A stretch of 64,000 bases of DNA, from the NCBI GenBank assembly GCA_002633005.1, contig NMRA01000471.1, forward strand, positions 55,187-119,186. Direction: 5' to 3'. Below are positions 50,788-62,819 of this stretch, one piece after another. The translations under genes and the position numbers were made by a program. The stretch comes from Phoronis australis (Eukaryota; Animalia; Phoronida). The notes below the pieces were generated by a model. That model ran no database searches. It was not told the DNA's origin and was given only the letters and a program-made list of their open reading frames with translations. Numbering within the stretch: the stretch's first letter is position 1; every line of letters begins with the position of its first letter.

Positions 50788-51711
50788 GTGTGTTGCAGCA
50801 AGTGTCTGTACATTTCTTCTATAACCACTGTCTGTAATGTGTGTGTTCCAGCAAGTGTCTGAGTGTACATTTCTTCTATGACCACTGTCTGTAATGTGTG
50901 TGTTCCAGCAAGTGTCTGTACATTTCTTCTATGACCACTGTCTGTAATGTGTGTGTTGCAGCAAGTGTCTGTACATTTCTTCTATGACCACTGTCTGTAA
51001 TGTGTGTGTTGCAGCAAGTGTCTGTACATTTCTTCTATGACCACTGTCTGTAATGTGTGTGTTGCAGCAAGTGTCTGTACATTTCTTCTATGACCACTGT
51101 CTGTAATGTGTGTGTTGCAGCAAGTGTCTGTACATTTCTTCTATGACCACTGTCTGTAATGTGTGTGTTGCAGCAAGTGTCTGTACATTTCTTCTATGAC
51201 CACTGTCTGTAATGTGTGTGTTGCAGCAAGTGTCTGTACATTTCTTCTATGACCACTGTCTGTAATGTGTGTGTTGCAGCAAGTGTCTGTACATTTCTTC
51301 TATGACCACTGTCTGTAATGTGTGTGTTGCAGCAAGTGTCTGTACATTTCTTCTATGACCACTGTCTGTAATGTGTGTGTTGCAGCAAGTGTCTGTACAT
51401 TTCTTCTATGACCACTGTCTGTAATGTGTGTGTTGCAGCAAGTGTCTGTACATTTCTTCTATGACCACTGTCTGTAATGTGTGTGTTGCAGCAAGTGTCT
51501 GTACATTTCTTCTATGACCACTGTCTGTAATGTGTGTGTTGCAGCAAGTGTCTGTACATTTCTTCTATGATCACTGTCTGTAATGTGTGTGTTGCAGCAA
51601 GTGTCTGTACATTTCTTCTATGATCACTGTCTGTAATGTGTGTGTTGCAGCAAGTGTCTGTACATTTCTTCTATGACCACTGTCTGTAATGTGTGTGTTC
51701 CAGCAAGTGTC
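50788..51711. repeat. 53-bp minisatellite (~17 units) overlapping the exon 14 acceptor
   Basis: gcagcaagtgtctgtacatttcttctatgaccactgtctgtaatgtgtgtgtt. Confidence 0.97.
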
Positions 51712-51817
51712 CCACACCAGGATGTGACGGTACTGGTCATGTGACAGGGAAGTTCACAGCTCACCACAAGGTGTCAGGCTGTCCTCTGGCTGCGGAGAAT
51801 GCAGACATTGCTCTCAA
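51704..51817 (+). CDS. L3MBTL3: L3MBTL-like exon 14, CCHHC (C2HC) finger 2
   Basis: [29 protein letters not shown]; AA|gtaag donor. Confidence 0.93.
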
Positions 51818-52599
51818 GTAAGTGGAGCTCATAAAGAGCAGCAACAATTCTAGGATTAACTTTTCGGTCAATTCACAGGCTACGAGTGGGACATAAAAAT
51901 TGATTACTAGCTGACAGTTTAATTTCCTAGTCTTGGTACAATGGGTTTTCACTTGAGTTGTATAGAGGGTAGAGTTGGACAAGACAAATCTAGCCAAAAC
52001 CACATGCTCTCTTTTAAACTACACGGCAATATCTCTAGCTAGGTCCTAGCATTATTGAACTCTTCCCAGATATCTATCTGACTAAATGAGTCAAATTTGG
52101 TGAATACCAGTTTGCAGAATGCAACTGCAGATTGCCCGTGGCGACCTCTGTCAGACTGGCTTCAAGTCACCAAACGTGGCTTCAAAGTTTAGTTGCTCAA
52201 CTGGACAAGTGTGACCTCAAGTCATGAGATATTCCACCGCTTTCTTGCTTCTTGATGCAATCTCTGTTCAAAACCTGTTGTAGAAGTCGCATACCACTTT
52301 GTTTTGGTGCAACATCTTAAGGTACAGCACTTAAGGTACAGCACTTAAATGGTCGCTTTTACCATTCTCCTACTGACATTATTTAAATTTGGATTTCTCC
52401 TGAGAATCTCTGATATTTCACTTCTAAAATTCGTCCACTATTTTCTCAAGCACCACAATTTAATGCCTAGTCTATCGCGCACCTGGCTGTTTACTGTCTT
52501 GTATTTGTTATACTTTGTTCCAATGGCCACATGAATATATTCCAATAAATCTTGTATTATTATGAAATGGAATTGAGAACAACATCACTTTGTGCTCAG

Positions 52600-52740
52600 A
52601 AATCTCAATGGTGTTTCTGCTGAACATCCTCCGGTGAAGATACCCCGGCCTAAGGGGCGACCACCTGGGAGCGGCAATAAAATCAAGTATGGCACAGGGC
52701 CTGCTGCTGCCAAGAACCGTGCGCTGATGGGCAGACGGAA
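52600..52740 (+). CDS. L3MBTL3: L3MBTL-like exon 15 (AT-hook-like motif)
   Basis: NLNGVSAEHPPVKIPRPKGRPPGSGNKIK...; ctcag / gtaag; phase 2 to 2. Confidence 0.8.
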
Positions 52741-53333
52741 GTAAGTGTGCATGTTACAGGCTGACTGACTAACATTGCCCATCACTTGTTCATGTATACA
52801 AGTTGGGTGACCAACATGGCGTGTCATATTTGCAAAGCAACTGGTTAATTAGACAGTAACACATTATGCTCTTGTTTGGTCCTGGTCACGTGTCTCAGCA
52901 GATATTTATGTATTAATGCAGTTTGATTGGCTATACTTCGGGAACAAGTTTTCTGTTGAGTGTCGAACTTTGTTCCGAGGATGCGAATGGAACGGAATAA
53001 AGATAATTGTAAACAACGATAAGTGTTGTGTATTCAACCAATTTTGCAGTTTGGTTGGTAAACATTTTTAACCAAACTCCATTTAGAGCTGTCTTGACGT
53101 TGTTCTTCAGTTTTGATTGACAGTTCCAAGGCAATAATAATTCTTGGATGCCAGCCAACTGATAGTCATGCAGGATTCATTAGTTATATTGTTCATAGCT
53201 ACACTATTTCCTCAGTTGGCACACTGATTCCTTGTTATGATACACGTTACTTCTATGTGTTAAGAAATATTCTGTTGTCAGCCATAATGTACAATTCATA
53301 TAAACAAGATAATTTCCCTTCTTTATATTTTAG

Positions 53334-53368
53334 ATTACAGAAATTACATGCCAAGTCTCCAGAAAAAG
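53334..53368 (+). CDS. L3MBTL3: L3MBTL-like exon 16 (35-nt micro-exon)
   Basis: ttttag / G|gtact; LQKLHAKSPEK; needed to bridge phase 2 to phase 1. Confidence 0.65.
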
Positions 53369-54484
53369 GTACTTACCTTTGAAATTGTTCTAAATGTAGA
53401 TCTGTGCCATGTTGTCAATATTTGTGTAACCCACGTTGTAACTGGGTCATTACGGTATTTTCCCGTTTCTTCCAACTTGTTCGATTCTATAGCCCAACAA
53501 CAAGTTGGGAAGATGCTCTCTGTAGCCAATATCTCACATGACTGATTACCTCCATTCTGGCATATGTGGTTTGGAAGGCCAGCTCTGTTTTGTTCTATAA
53601 TTGGTCTAATCTCCAGGAGGATCATATCTAGCCTGACTGGGCTGTGCTGTTGGAATATAAGTTAAGTTATAACATATTTGAACATAAACCATTAGCATTT
53701 CTGAAATTCTCATCAAATGGTGATCATGTTTAGCTTTTGAATCTCCAAAATTGCCCAACTACAACTGAAGATACGACAATCTAATCTTTCCGAACGTACC
53801 AATTCGTTCTGGGTTTGACTGTGTTCACACGTGGTCTGTAATAAGTCTGGTAGATAATTGGCCTGCCTGTTGTCATAACAGACAAAAGACTGCTTGGCAG
53901 TTAACCAAGAAGCTAGATGTTATCACATTTTCACAACCTTCTATGTCTGGTAAAGTCACTGAATGGGAAAACACCGTCATGAACCATTATGATTCAGTAT
54001 GAGATTCACACACACACATGCACGCGCGCGCACACACAACACACACACACAACACACACACGTGATTTTCACTTTTTTCGGCATAATTGTAGTGATATTG
54101 TGTTGTTTCCGAGTGGCACATCATTATATCATTAGTCTTATTAAAAAAATTAAATTGCAAAAGGCTAATTGCCTCGCTGCAGTTAATGGAAACTTAAGTA
54201 TGATGTCCACACTGGACAAACCATGATAGACTTAGACTTTCATGATAATTATTTTACAAAGAAAGTTCATTGACAAAATTAGAATTTCTTTTAAATGTGT
54301 ACCATATTGTATGCTAAATAGTTGTCAGAGTAATTGTTGTATGCAGATGTAAGAAGAGCCAGTGTGATGTATGTGTGTGTCTAAAAGCATTTTGATCAGG
54401 TTTCATCATCACGACATCAACTAGTGCATGCTGTCCGGGGTACCTTTGTTCGTATAGTGCTTCAACTTTCCACTGTCTATTTAG

Positions 54485-54705
54485 ATTTTATTAAAGAGGA
54501 GGTGCACCAGTCTGTCTTTATGCCTGGCATGGTCTCGGCACCCAAGTCGGACCTTCCCATCCACTGGGATCATCATTCCAAACTACTGCCGGGTGTCACT
54601 AGAATACACGGCCGTGACGTCTGCCAATGGTCCATCGACGACGTTGCCAACTTCGTTCGGACACTGCCTGGTTGTGAAGAGCAAGCAAATATATTTAAGG
54701 AGGAG
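54485..54705 (+). CDS. L3MBTL3: L3MBTL-like exon 17, pre-SAM motif and SAM N-half
   Basis: VHQSVFM...LPIHWDHHSKLLPGV...VCQWSIDDVANFVRTLPGCEEQANIFKEE. Confidence 0.94.
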
Positions 54706-55077
54706 GTGGGTAGGACTCTGGGTCTCATCTTCAAAGTTAAGGTGTCTTTAAGAATAATATTAAATTTGGTTTTAACAGCTATGTTTATTAAAGAAATTTC
54801 ACTTTTACAAGACAAGTATTTCATTGGTTTGAGTTTATTGCCCATCCTTTGATTTTTTATTTGCTGAATTTGAAAGGGGGTTAACCAGAATGGTTACTGC
54901 TTTAAAAGAAACATTTTAGCGTTGATAAACAAATACAAGGAATATATTTGAGCGATTTGTGCATTAAAATGTAGATTTTGTTTTGTTTGCACTGAGGAGT
55001 TACCCGGGAAGTCCTTTTTCAATGTTAATTTTGTTTTTGTTGCATATAAATAAATTCTGGCATTCAAACTATTTTAG

Positions 55078-55206
55078 CAAATAGATGGCGAAGCATTCCT
55101 GTTGCTGAACCAGACAGACATTGTGAAGATTATGAACATCAAGCTTGGTCCTGCACTCAAAATATATAACAGCATTCTGATATTCAAGAACTCAGCTGAA
55201 CTTTAA
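55078..55206 (+). CDS. L3MBTL3: L3MBTL-like terminal exon, SAM C-half
   Basis: QIDGEAFLLLNQTDIVKIMNIKLGPALKIYNSILIFKNSAEL-stop (Polycomb-type SAM). Confidence 0.96.
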   Translation, partial: QIDGEAFLLLNQTDIVKIMNIKLGPALKIYNSILIFKNSAEL

Positions 55207-55547
55207 CCATTGTGGCGTCGTGGCAGTTATTAAAGAGATGTCATATTTTGGAGACATTGGACAAATTAATGTGTAATAGAATTTGCAGGTGTGTAAAGGT
55301 AATTGTCAACCTTCAAAATGAGTTTTTCAAAAATATAACATTCACATATTGTATATTCTACATACTTCAAGTGCATTATTTATGCTTCAAATATGCAAAT
55401 TGTGTGAGATGGCTTCACTTGATTTCAGTTGTGTGGTATTGGTCATTTTCAGGACTTAACGATAGTCAACATTTATATTTGTTTTGAACGCCGATGTTTC
55501 TATAGTGCGAGATGATTTGCATGAAATTTCCACTATTATTGTATTGT

Positions 55548-55720
55548 CTATGAGCAAGGGAACCCTGTGGTGTATGAGTAAGGGAACCCTGTTTATGAGT
55601 AATGGAACCCTGTCTCTGAGCAAGAGAACCCTGTTTATGAGTAATGGAACCCTGTCTCTGAGCAAGAGAACCCTGTTTATGAGCAATGGAACCCTGCCTA
55701 TGAGCAAGGGAACCCTGTTT
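55548..55720. repeat. 21-bp minisatellite in the probable L3MBTL 3' UTR
   Basis: tatgagcaagggaaccctgtt variants. Confidence 0.85.
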
Positions 55721-57495
55721 CAGAGTTTTTGTTCTCCTTCAAACAACAGTGGTCATCAATATGAGATCTATGAGTGAGGGATTTGTATTTTACCCAAAAC
55801 ATATATTGTTTGTCTAAAAGACATTTTAACAAGGGAAGTTTGATGGCTGGCATCTGTTTTTGCCTATTGACAGAATATATAGTTTAAACTCGGAGTTGCA
55901 TGCAGTTTAGGTTTTTGAAAATTCAAGTTAAAAAATTGAATTTTATAAAAACGCCTTCACTTGGTTAAAAATGATGGCATACGGTTTTAAGGCAAGATCA
56001 GTTATTTAGACATCAAGGTTTGAGAAACTATGTACTAACAAGGTTGAAGATGGACAATTCAAAGTTATGTGATGAAATGTCAAAGGACTTCATGCAGGAT
56101 GACAATTACAGTCACTATAAATACAGCGGACTTAATAGAATGTTCTAGAAATTGTTATGATAATGGAATATGCAAGTCTGCCATCTTGTGGTGACACACT
56201 GTCAGTCTGATGAATTTTCGCTTCTGGTATTAAGAATCAATTTGCAGTAGGCAATTTTTAAAGCAAGAGTTGTACGATTTCACTGGCCCAAAATCTTCAG
56301 CTTGAAATGTGGTGAAACTGCTTTGAAGTTGTTAACATGTAAAAGGTAACATATAATGAGCTTCATCAGAGACACAGTATCATTGTGGAAAAGTATAATT
56401 ATTAAGTCACCTTTATTTGAGCAATTATTTTATCTTACAAATTATTTTATCTTACAAATGCAATATAATAAATCATTGCTACGAAATACATTTATATTAG
56501 GTGTACCAACATAATAGTCAAATTAGGTGTGAGCCAGGTATATACGCGAAATTTTGCTTTAAATGATCAGTTCGCCAATAGGTATATCTCAGCTGATCCC
56601 ATGTTAGCATGTGACCTAGGAACGTACGCATGATTTTGCTTTAAATGATCGGTTTGCAATAGTGAACCTATTTCCAATCAGATATTAACATGTGGGCAAG
56701 ACTACAGTAAAGTCTCTCACTCTCTCTAGTCACAGTGTGACCAGTTACCAGTTGACGTGCTAGTTGTATTCTTTACCCCGGTGTTTTCCTATGTTGACTT
56801 AGAACATATACAAGGACATGTGATATGGACACAGTTCGTCGTACAATTCATACTGTGTGTACAGTTCAATGTACGCCAGTGACTGCACAAGGTAATATAG
56901 ACAGGTATCTATCAGTAAGTGATATGGAAAGTTATTTTGATAACAAAATAGTAATTGGACACATTGTTGATTGTATATATTTTTGTACATTATTATTCTA
57001 AACAGAGTATTCAGTTGTTTAGTACCTGGCTGGTTAGCTATGAATTGGACAGCATTTTTAGTGCTAAAACTGTTGTTTGTAAATAAACAGTAAGATGTTG
57101 AAAACAATGCTGTTTCAAACAGAATTGTTGTTATATTTTTATCTACTCATTCTGTGTGAATGATGGAGATCAATTGGTGGTCCATATAACTCTTTCTTCG
57201 AAGTAAAGCCCTTACCACCCTCCACAAAACACCCCACGTTGCTAAAAATTACCTGGGGACCCTGAACTGCCACCACACACAGGCCAGTCCTACCATGAAC
57301 TGCCACCACACACAGGCCAGCCTTACCATGAACAAACAGTAAAGGGTTGTTATATAGGTAACCTTAGGATCAGAGTATCAACATGGCATTCCATCATGTA
57401 CTGTAGTATGAGATATCAGTGTGCTATTTGGTTTGTGTCCTAGTTCTGCCCTGAACACATCTGTGCAATGTGTATTAAGCCACCTCCATTACAGC

Positions 57496-58490
57496 CTTCT
57501 CAATGAAACGCACGTAACTTTGCAATATGAATTGAAAACCTGCCTGGTATCTACCATCAGCCATTTCACCTACATCAATACCTGAAAGTCAGTGTAGTAT
57601 GATAATGGCATTCTGGTCAGTTATTTTCCCTTTTTTAAATCCTCTAGTGGGATTTAAGGGAATGATAATCAAAGGGGCGCTAGATTGAGGTTGACAATTC
57701 ATCCGAATCTCACCAGGGGTCTAGTTACAGGAAATAGCTTGTGAGGGCATATAATCTTTCCCCCATATTGAGCTTTTTACTATAAAACGAAACAAAAATG
57801 CAAATATGGCACAGTACGTGAAAGTTCCTTGTCAAAATAGAATCGGCTGTTCGAGAGATACCATGTTCCAAAGCTGGCCAAATTGGGAAATTTTTCTAGC
57901 ACTTGGCAATGTTCTAACCAGTTTGATATCTGGTTCTCTTGTCAAAGGATTTCCCACAAAAAATGTTGCATGTACATGTTATTGCACNCCAGACTTCTCA
58001 ATGAAACGCACGTAACTTTGCAATATGAATTGAAAACCTGCCTGGTATCTACCATCAGCCATTTCACCTAAATCAATACCTGAAAGTCAGTGTAGTACGA
58101 TAATGACATTCTGGTCAGTTATTTTCCCTTTTTTAAATCCTCTAGTGGGATTTAAGGGAATGATAATCAAAGGGGCGCTAGATTGAGGTTGACAATTCAT
58201 CCGAATCTCACCAGGGGTCTAGTTACAGGAAATAGCTTGTGAGGGCATATAATCTTTCCCCCATATTGAGCTTTTTACTATAAAACGAAACAAAAATGCA
58301 AATATGGCACAGTACGTGAAAGTTCCTTGTCAAAATAGAATCGGCTGTTCGAGAGATACCATGTTCCAAAGCTGGCCAAATTGGGAAATTTTTCTAGCAC
58401 TTGGCAATGTTCTAACCAGTTTGATATCTGTTTCTCTTGTCAAAGGATTTCCCACAAAAAATGTTGCATGTACATGTACACATTATTGCA
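57496..58490. repeat. ~500-bp direct duplication joined by a single N (probable assembly or haplotype artefact)
   Basis: 57496-57987 recurs at ~57995-58490; n at 57988. Confidence 0.8.
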
Positions 58491-59401
58491 CAGATCAGTA
58501 AATGAAGCACTGGACAGCAGGTGATGAACAAATATCAGGATGTATTCACTACTTTTTGATCACACATTTTAAACTGCTATTATTCTTTTTTTATCATAGA
58601 ACAAATACATGAACAAAGTCCATACCAAGTTCAAGGTCATTTCAGTTCTGTATTTTACTGTTGCTATTATCTTATACTCCCGTCACTGTGAGTATTGTAG
58701 TTTTGCACATATCATGAAGAGCTGTTCACGCACTATGTGACTACAGAAGGGATGTGGGGTTTGATGACAAGTGGACGTCAATTGTTATACAGTTACAGTG
58801 GAAAGACGTAAGTTGTGCAAAGAAAAACAAAAACATGTTTTAAAACCATCTGTACCAAGTCTTGTTTAATTTAGATTACAATTACATCACGTGCAATGCA
58901 CGCCAATTTTAGAATAACTTTTTGTTTTCATGGTAAAACTGCCATTTTGACGTCGAGACAACAATTCAAGCAAAGTGCATAATGGATTTAGTGGCAATAA
59001 AAGAATATTGCATGAACGCCCCCTCTGGGACTATTTCCACATCACTTTGTAGTCGTGAGAAACTGTGATGAGCTGTAGTTACATGCACCATTTATTTATC
59101 AATAACAAGCCTGACACACCATTCAACAGTAAACATTCTAAATGACAAGTCAGCTCTAATTCTGATGAGCATTTCACACTGGCCAACACTGTTCGTTGGC
59201 AATATCGTGTTACTGATCTGCCTCTATTCCACAGCAAGGTCAGCCAGCAGTTCACTCCTGGCATGCAGATAAAACACAACACTACTGAAAATCTCTTGAC
59301 ACATTCCAGTTATTTCCCAGATTGGCCACTGAGCCGAGACCCTCACAAATCACATGTTTGTTTTCTGTTTTGGCCACACCTCTCTCCCGCTTTGACCACA
59401 C

Positions 59402-59604
59402 CTATTTCTCTGACTTTGTCCAATAAGGTTCGTTTAACTTTGACTGCCACTGGAAGACTCCGCCCCTGTGCCGGTTCTTCCATATTTGTTCATCCTTGTA
59501 CTTCTGTGATATAAAGTCCCAGCCTTGCAGAACACAGTATTTATTGAGTGCTGCCACAGAGCCAAGAGCTAACATCCAAAAGCAGGCAGACTTGACGCTC
59601 TTTA
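59402..59604 (-). CDS. NDUFA11: NDUFA11-like, terminal exon
   Basis: ttccag acceptor, phase 1; LKSVKSACFWMLALGSVAALNKYCVLQGWDF... (A...K....GW motif), then a C-terminal extension and stop. Confidence 0.8.
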
Positions 59605-60509
59605 CTGGAACAACAAACATCAGAACAAATATGTAGCAAAGATGAAGAATGCACAGCATATCATAACATGCAATTTGAATGCAATTATAATATTTCTGTC
59701 TCTCGTGAATAAATTTAGGAACAGTTTTGCTGAAAACTGCCTTGTTGTTAGTCTTGGAAAACCTAGTTCCACTGCATAATAGTGTTTTGAATAAATTTCC
59801 ACAGACTGCCAAATGTACGGCGATGCTTCAAACACAAACTATTTTCATCAGTAAACCTCTTAACAACTCAACGTATAATCTCCAAGGTAAATTCCAACAC
59901 ATTCAAACATTCTGTCAAATGTTTAGGCTTAAAATTATTCATTACCATAAATTGAAAAACTTGCATAGCCTAACCTTTGAGATTTTCCAAAAACAGAAGT
60001 TGACGTCACATAAATATTCATGTGTCTGCCTATGATGAAGTATTTTGTAACTTATTACCCACAAAGGTCCTTCTGGAATTTGTTTATGAAAGTGTTCACT
60101 ATGGGTGCTTTTAGGGACTCTTGGACGATTGATAGAAGATTTTGGATGGAGCACCGAAGTCGACCTTGGAAATCAAAAAGGGAGTATCATGTCACAGATA
60201 TAGCCAAGGGCCTTGATATGCTTTCCACATATTTTAGTTAATGTTCTGAAGACTTCCTGTTGTCTGATAATTACTATGAGTCCTCAGGTGAGTTACCTAT
60301 AGGTGATAATGACCGAGACAAAGCTGTCATATGCCTCAACTTCTGATTTTGGAAATGTGCAAATTATGGCTATTTTGATGGTATCTAGTTGTACCTAATA
60401 AGTTACTTAAGGGTCTAACATTTGGTGAAACATAACAAAAAATCAAAGGAATTTCCCTTTAACATTAGGTTATCAGTCGTTAATGTCGGAGTGTAGATCC
60501 AAGACTTAC

Positions 60510-60629
60510 ACCTTCCTCCCAGCACTGCGCCAGCAGCTACACCTCCAAACAGGTGGTTATAGGCGTCGTCCTTCTTCCTCAGACGACAACCGAAGTATGC
60601 GGCTGAACCAAAGGCAGCCCCCATCAGAG
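60510..60629 (-). CDS. NDUFA11: NDUFA11-like, internal exon
   Basis: ALMGAAFGSAAYFGCRLRKKDDAYNHLFGGVAAGAVLGGR matches the Tim17-family/NDUFA11 R.K.D..N...GG..AG motif. Confidence 0.85.
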
Positions 60630-61219
60630 CTGTTAACACAAGAATACCATGATTTAAAATACACGACATTGTCCAGACCAGGATTAAGAGAAAGGGCCAA
60701 GGTTAGGAGAAAGTTGACGGAGAGAAATTCAATAAACTTGAAGACGATGTGCAATTACACAAGGACGGCACAACATTTGCGAGTTACAAAGGCCCTTAGC
60801 TGTGTACCTTTCAGTGCCGCTTAAACAATGTGCCCTTTCCAATATGTCTGGTAGCTGGAGTACTGTGTTTCCATACCTTCGGACAAAGGAGAGTTCTACA
60901 CGCGACTGTCCTATTGGTTTCCAAGGAAACAAATTTCTACATATCAAGAACACTCTAGAGAGACAAACAGACTTATTCAAAATACCTTGAATGATTAAAT
61001 TCAGACTGAATATGTGCTATATACCGTATCTAAACTTAAGAGTTGCAGGGTGACAAGCATACATGAGTGTAACTAAACTGGAGACACATGATAATTCCAA
61101 TAGAAACATCATGGTTGTCCCTGCATGCAATAACCCCAATCTAATATCAGTGACCAGCCTACCTGCAGGCACTGCCTTAGTTATCACATGACAGTCACTG
61201 CTAACAGTGACCAGCTTAC

Positions 61220-61315
61220 CTGCGGGTACTGCCCAAGTAATCATTTTGCCAACAATGAGAGGCAGGCCTGTGGGACGATGCTCCACGATTATAGTCCAAC
61301 CACAGGCAGTAAGGC
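61220..61315 (-). CDS. NDUFA11: NDUFA11-like (complex I subunit B14.7, Tim17 family), internal exon
   Basis: tccag / G|gtaag; GLTACGWTIIVEHRPTGLPLIVGKMITWAVPA; phase 1 to 1; the first exon was not found in the window. Confidence 0.7.
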
Positions 61316-62819
61316 CTGGAAAGAATACAAAATACAATGCAAGTTAAAGTAACAGAGTTGACATTATCACTGCACATAGACATGTCCCCCCACCTGTTGA
61401 TCTTCCCCTGGATGTAACCCTCACATAGACATGTCCCCTAACTGTTGATCGTCCCCTGCATATTACCCTCACATAACCACACATCGACACTGAGCACATT
61501 GAATACAACATTTCACTATTTTTTAAATAAGGAAAACTCAAAGCTGTTTAAATGAAATGACACCACATGTGTAGTTCTGCTCGTCACCTCCTCTTGAAGC
61601 TTATATCAACATGTAGAGCTAACAATCGGTGGGAGTGCATGCAAAATCTGGGAGTCAACTGACACTCACCAGCCACTTAAGAGAAAATCAATCTAATGAA
61701 CGCATAAAGTAAAATGACGAGCGTCGGTACTAAAATACATTGAAATATCCCCACGTTTTGAGAGGTATGCTCTTTATCAAGAGTATGACACAGACTGGTG
61801 ATTAGACAGATATATAAAGCAGCACAGATGACCGCATGGTGATACACAATAGGAACAATACGTGTCACGACAACTACAGAACTATTATTTTCTGGTACCT
61901 CTGTACATAACCTATGTGCGTTATTCTCTGCTTCCAGAGGAACTGCCCTTGTCACTCTAACACTTTTGGTCTACTTAACAGACGCTTTGTTTTGGGTATA
62001 AGGGAGGATCCTGTTAAATTGTTGTTCATATTTGGCAAGTGATATTGACTCTCGGGTGGGTCACATGGCATGGGTCACATGGCATGGGTCACATGCTTTT
62101 TAGGAAAGAGGGGAATGTTGTGATTGTCAACATCATTCGTCTTTGATCTTTTTGTGGTGTCTTGTAACTTGTCAGTTTAATTGTTACCTGGATGTTTGTT
62201 TTATTTATGATGTTTGCGGGAGGGTGCTGGCAGTCTTTCCGCGTGCAATCAGGCCATCAATGATGAGCACCTAGAATGGGTTTTATTCAAGCTTGGGTAG
62301 CTAGTGAGTAGGCTAGGCCATAGATAATTAAGACAGTGACCACCGTCTCTAGTTGGCCCCAGTAAAGAAGGTGCGGTGCTGTAAGCTTTTCGGCAAATTA
62401 TGCCTCACACTGACTAAAACATCAAAGTCCCGTTGCTACAAGTGACTTTTGCACATAGAGGGACACCGTAAGAGGTCCTTCCAACTCAAACAAATACTCC
62501 CGTAATCAAATTGCGAGCACTCCATTGTTCAGTAGCCCAAATCAACAACTAGCCATTTTTTAAACTGCGCGTGCTCATGTAGCACTCGCCAGGATATAAA
62601 TTTCACAAAGAGGTGATTAGCTAAACTACCAGTGTAGGGCTGTGTGACAGAGCTCAACACACAGTGGTACCAAGCTGTATTTTGGCAACAGTTTTAATAC
62701 AACTAGCTGGCTGGCTAGTAGACAGTAACCAACGTTTCTAGCTGGCCCCAGTAAAGACGGAAGCCTTGAGGCGAATTACGCCTCACAATGATTAAAAAAT
62801 CAAAGTCACGTCTGTTATA

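Noticed and set aside
50788-51711. CRISPR-like array (also 35572-35962, 5562-5788)
   Set aside because: Units are contiguous with no unique spacers, there are no cas genes, and the context is eukaryotic
62300-62815. Candidate NDUFA11 first exon
   Set aside because: Two diverged copies of a short repeat (gacagt..ctagttggccccagtaaaga); no suitable ATG exon with a phase-1 donor recognised
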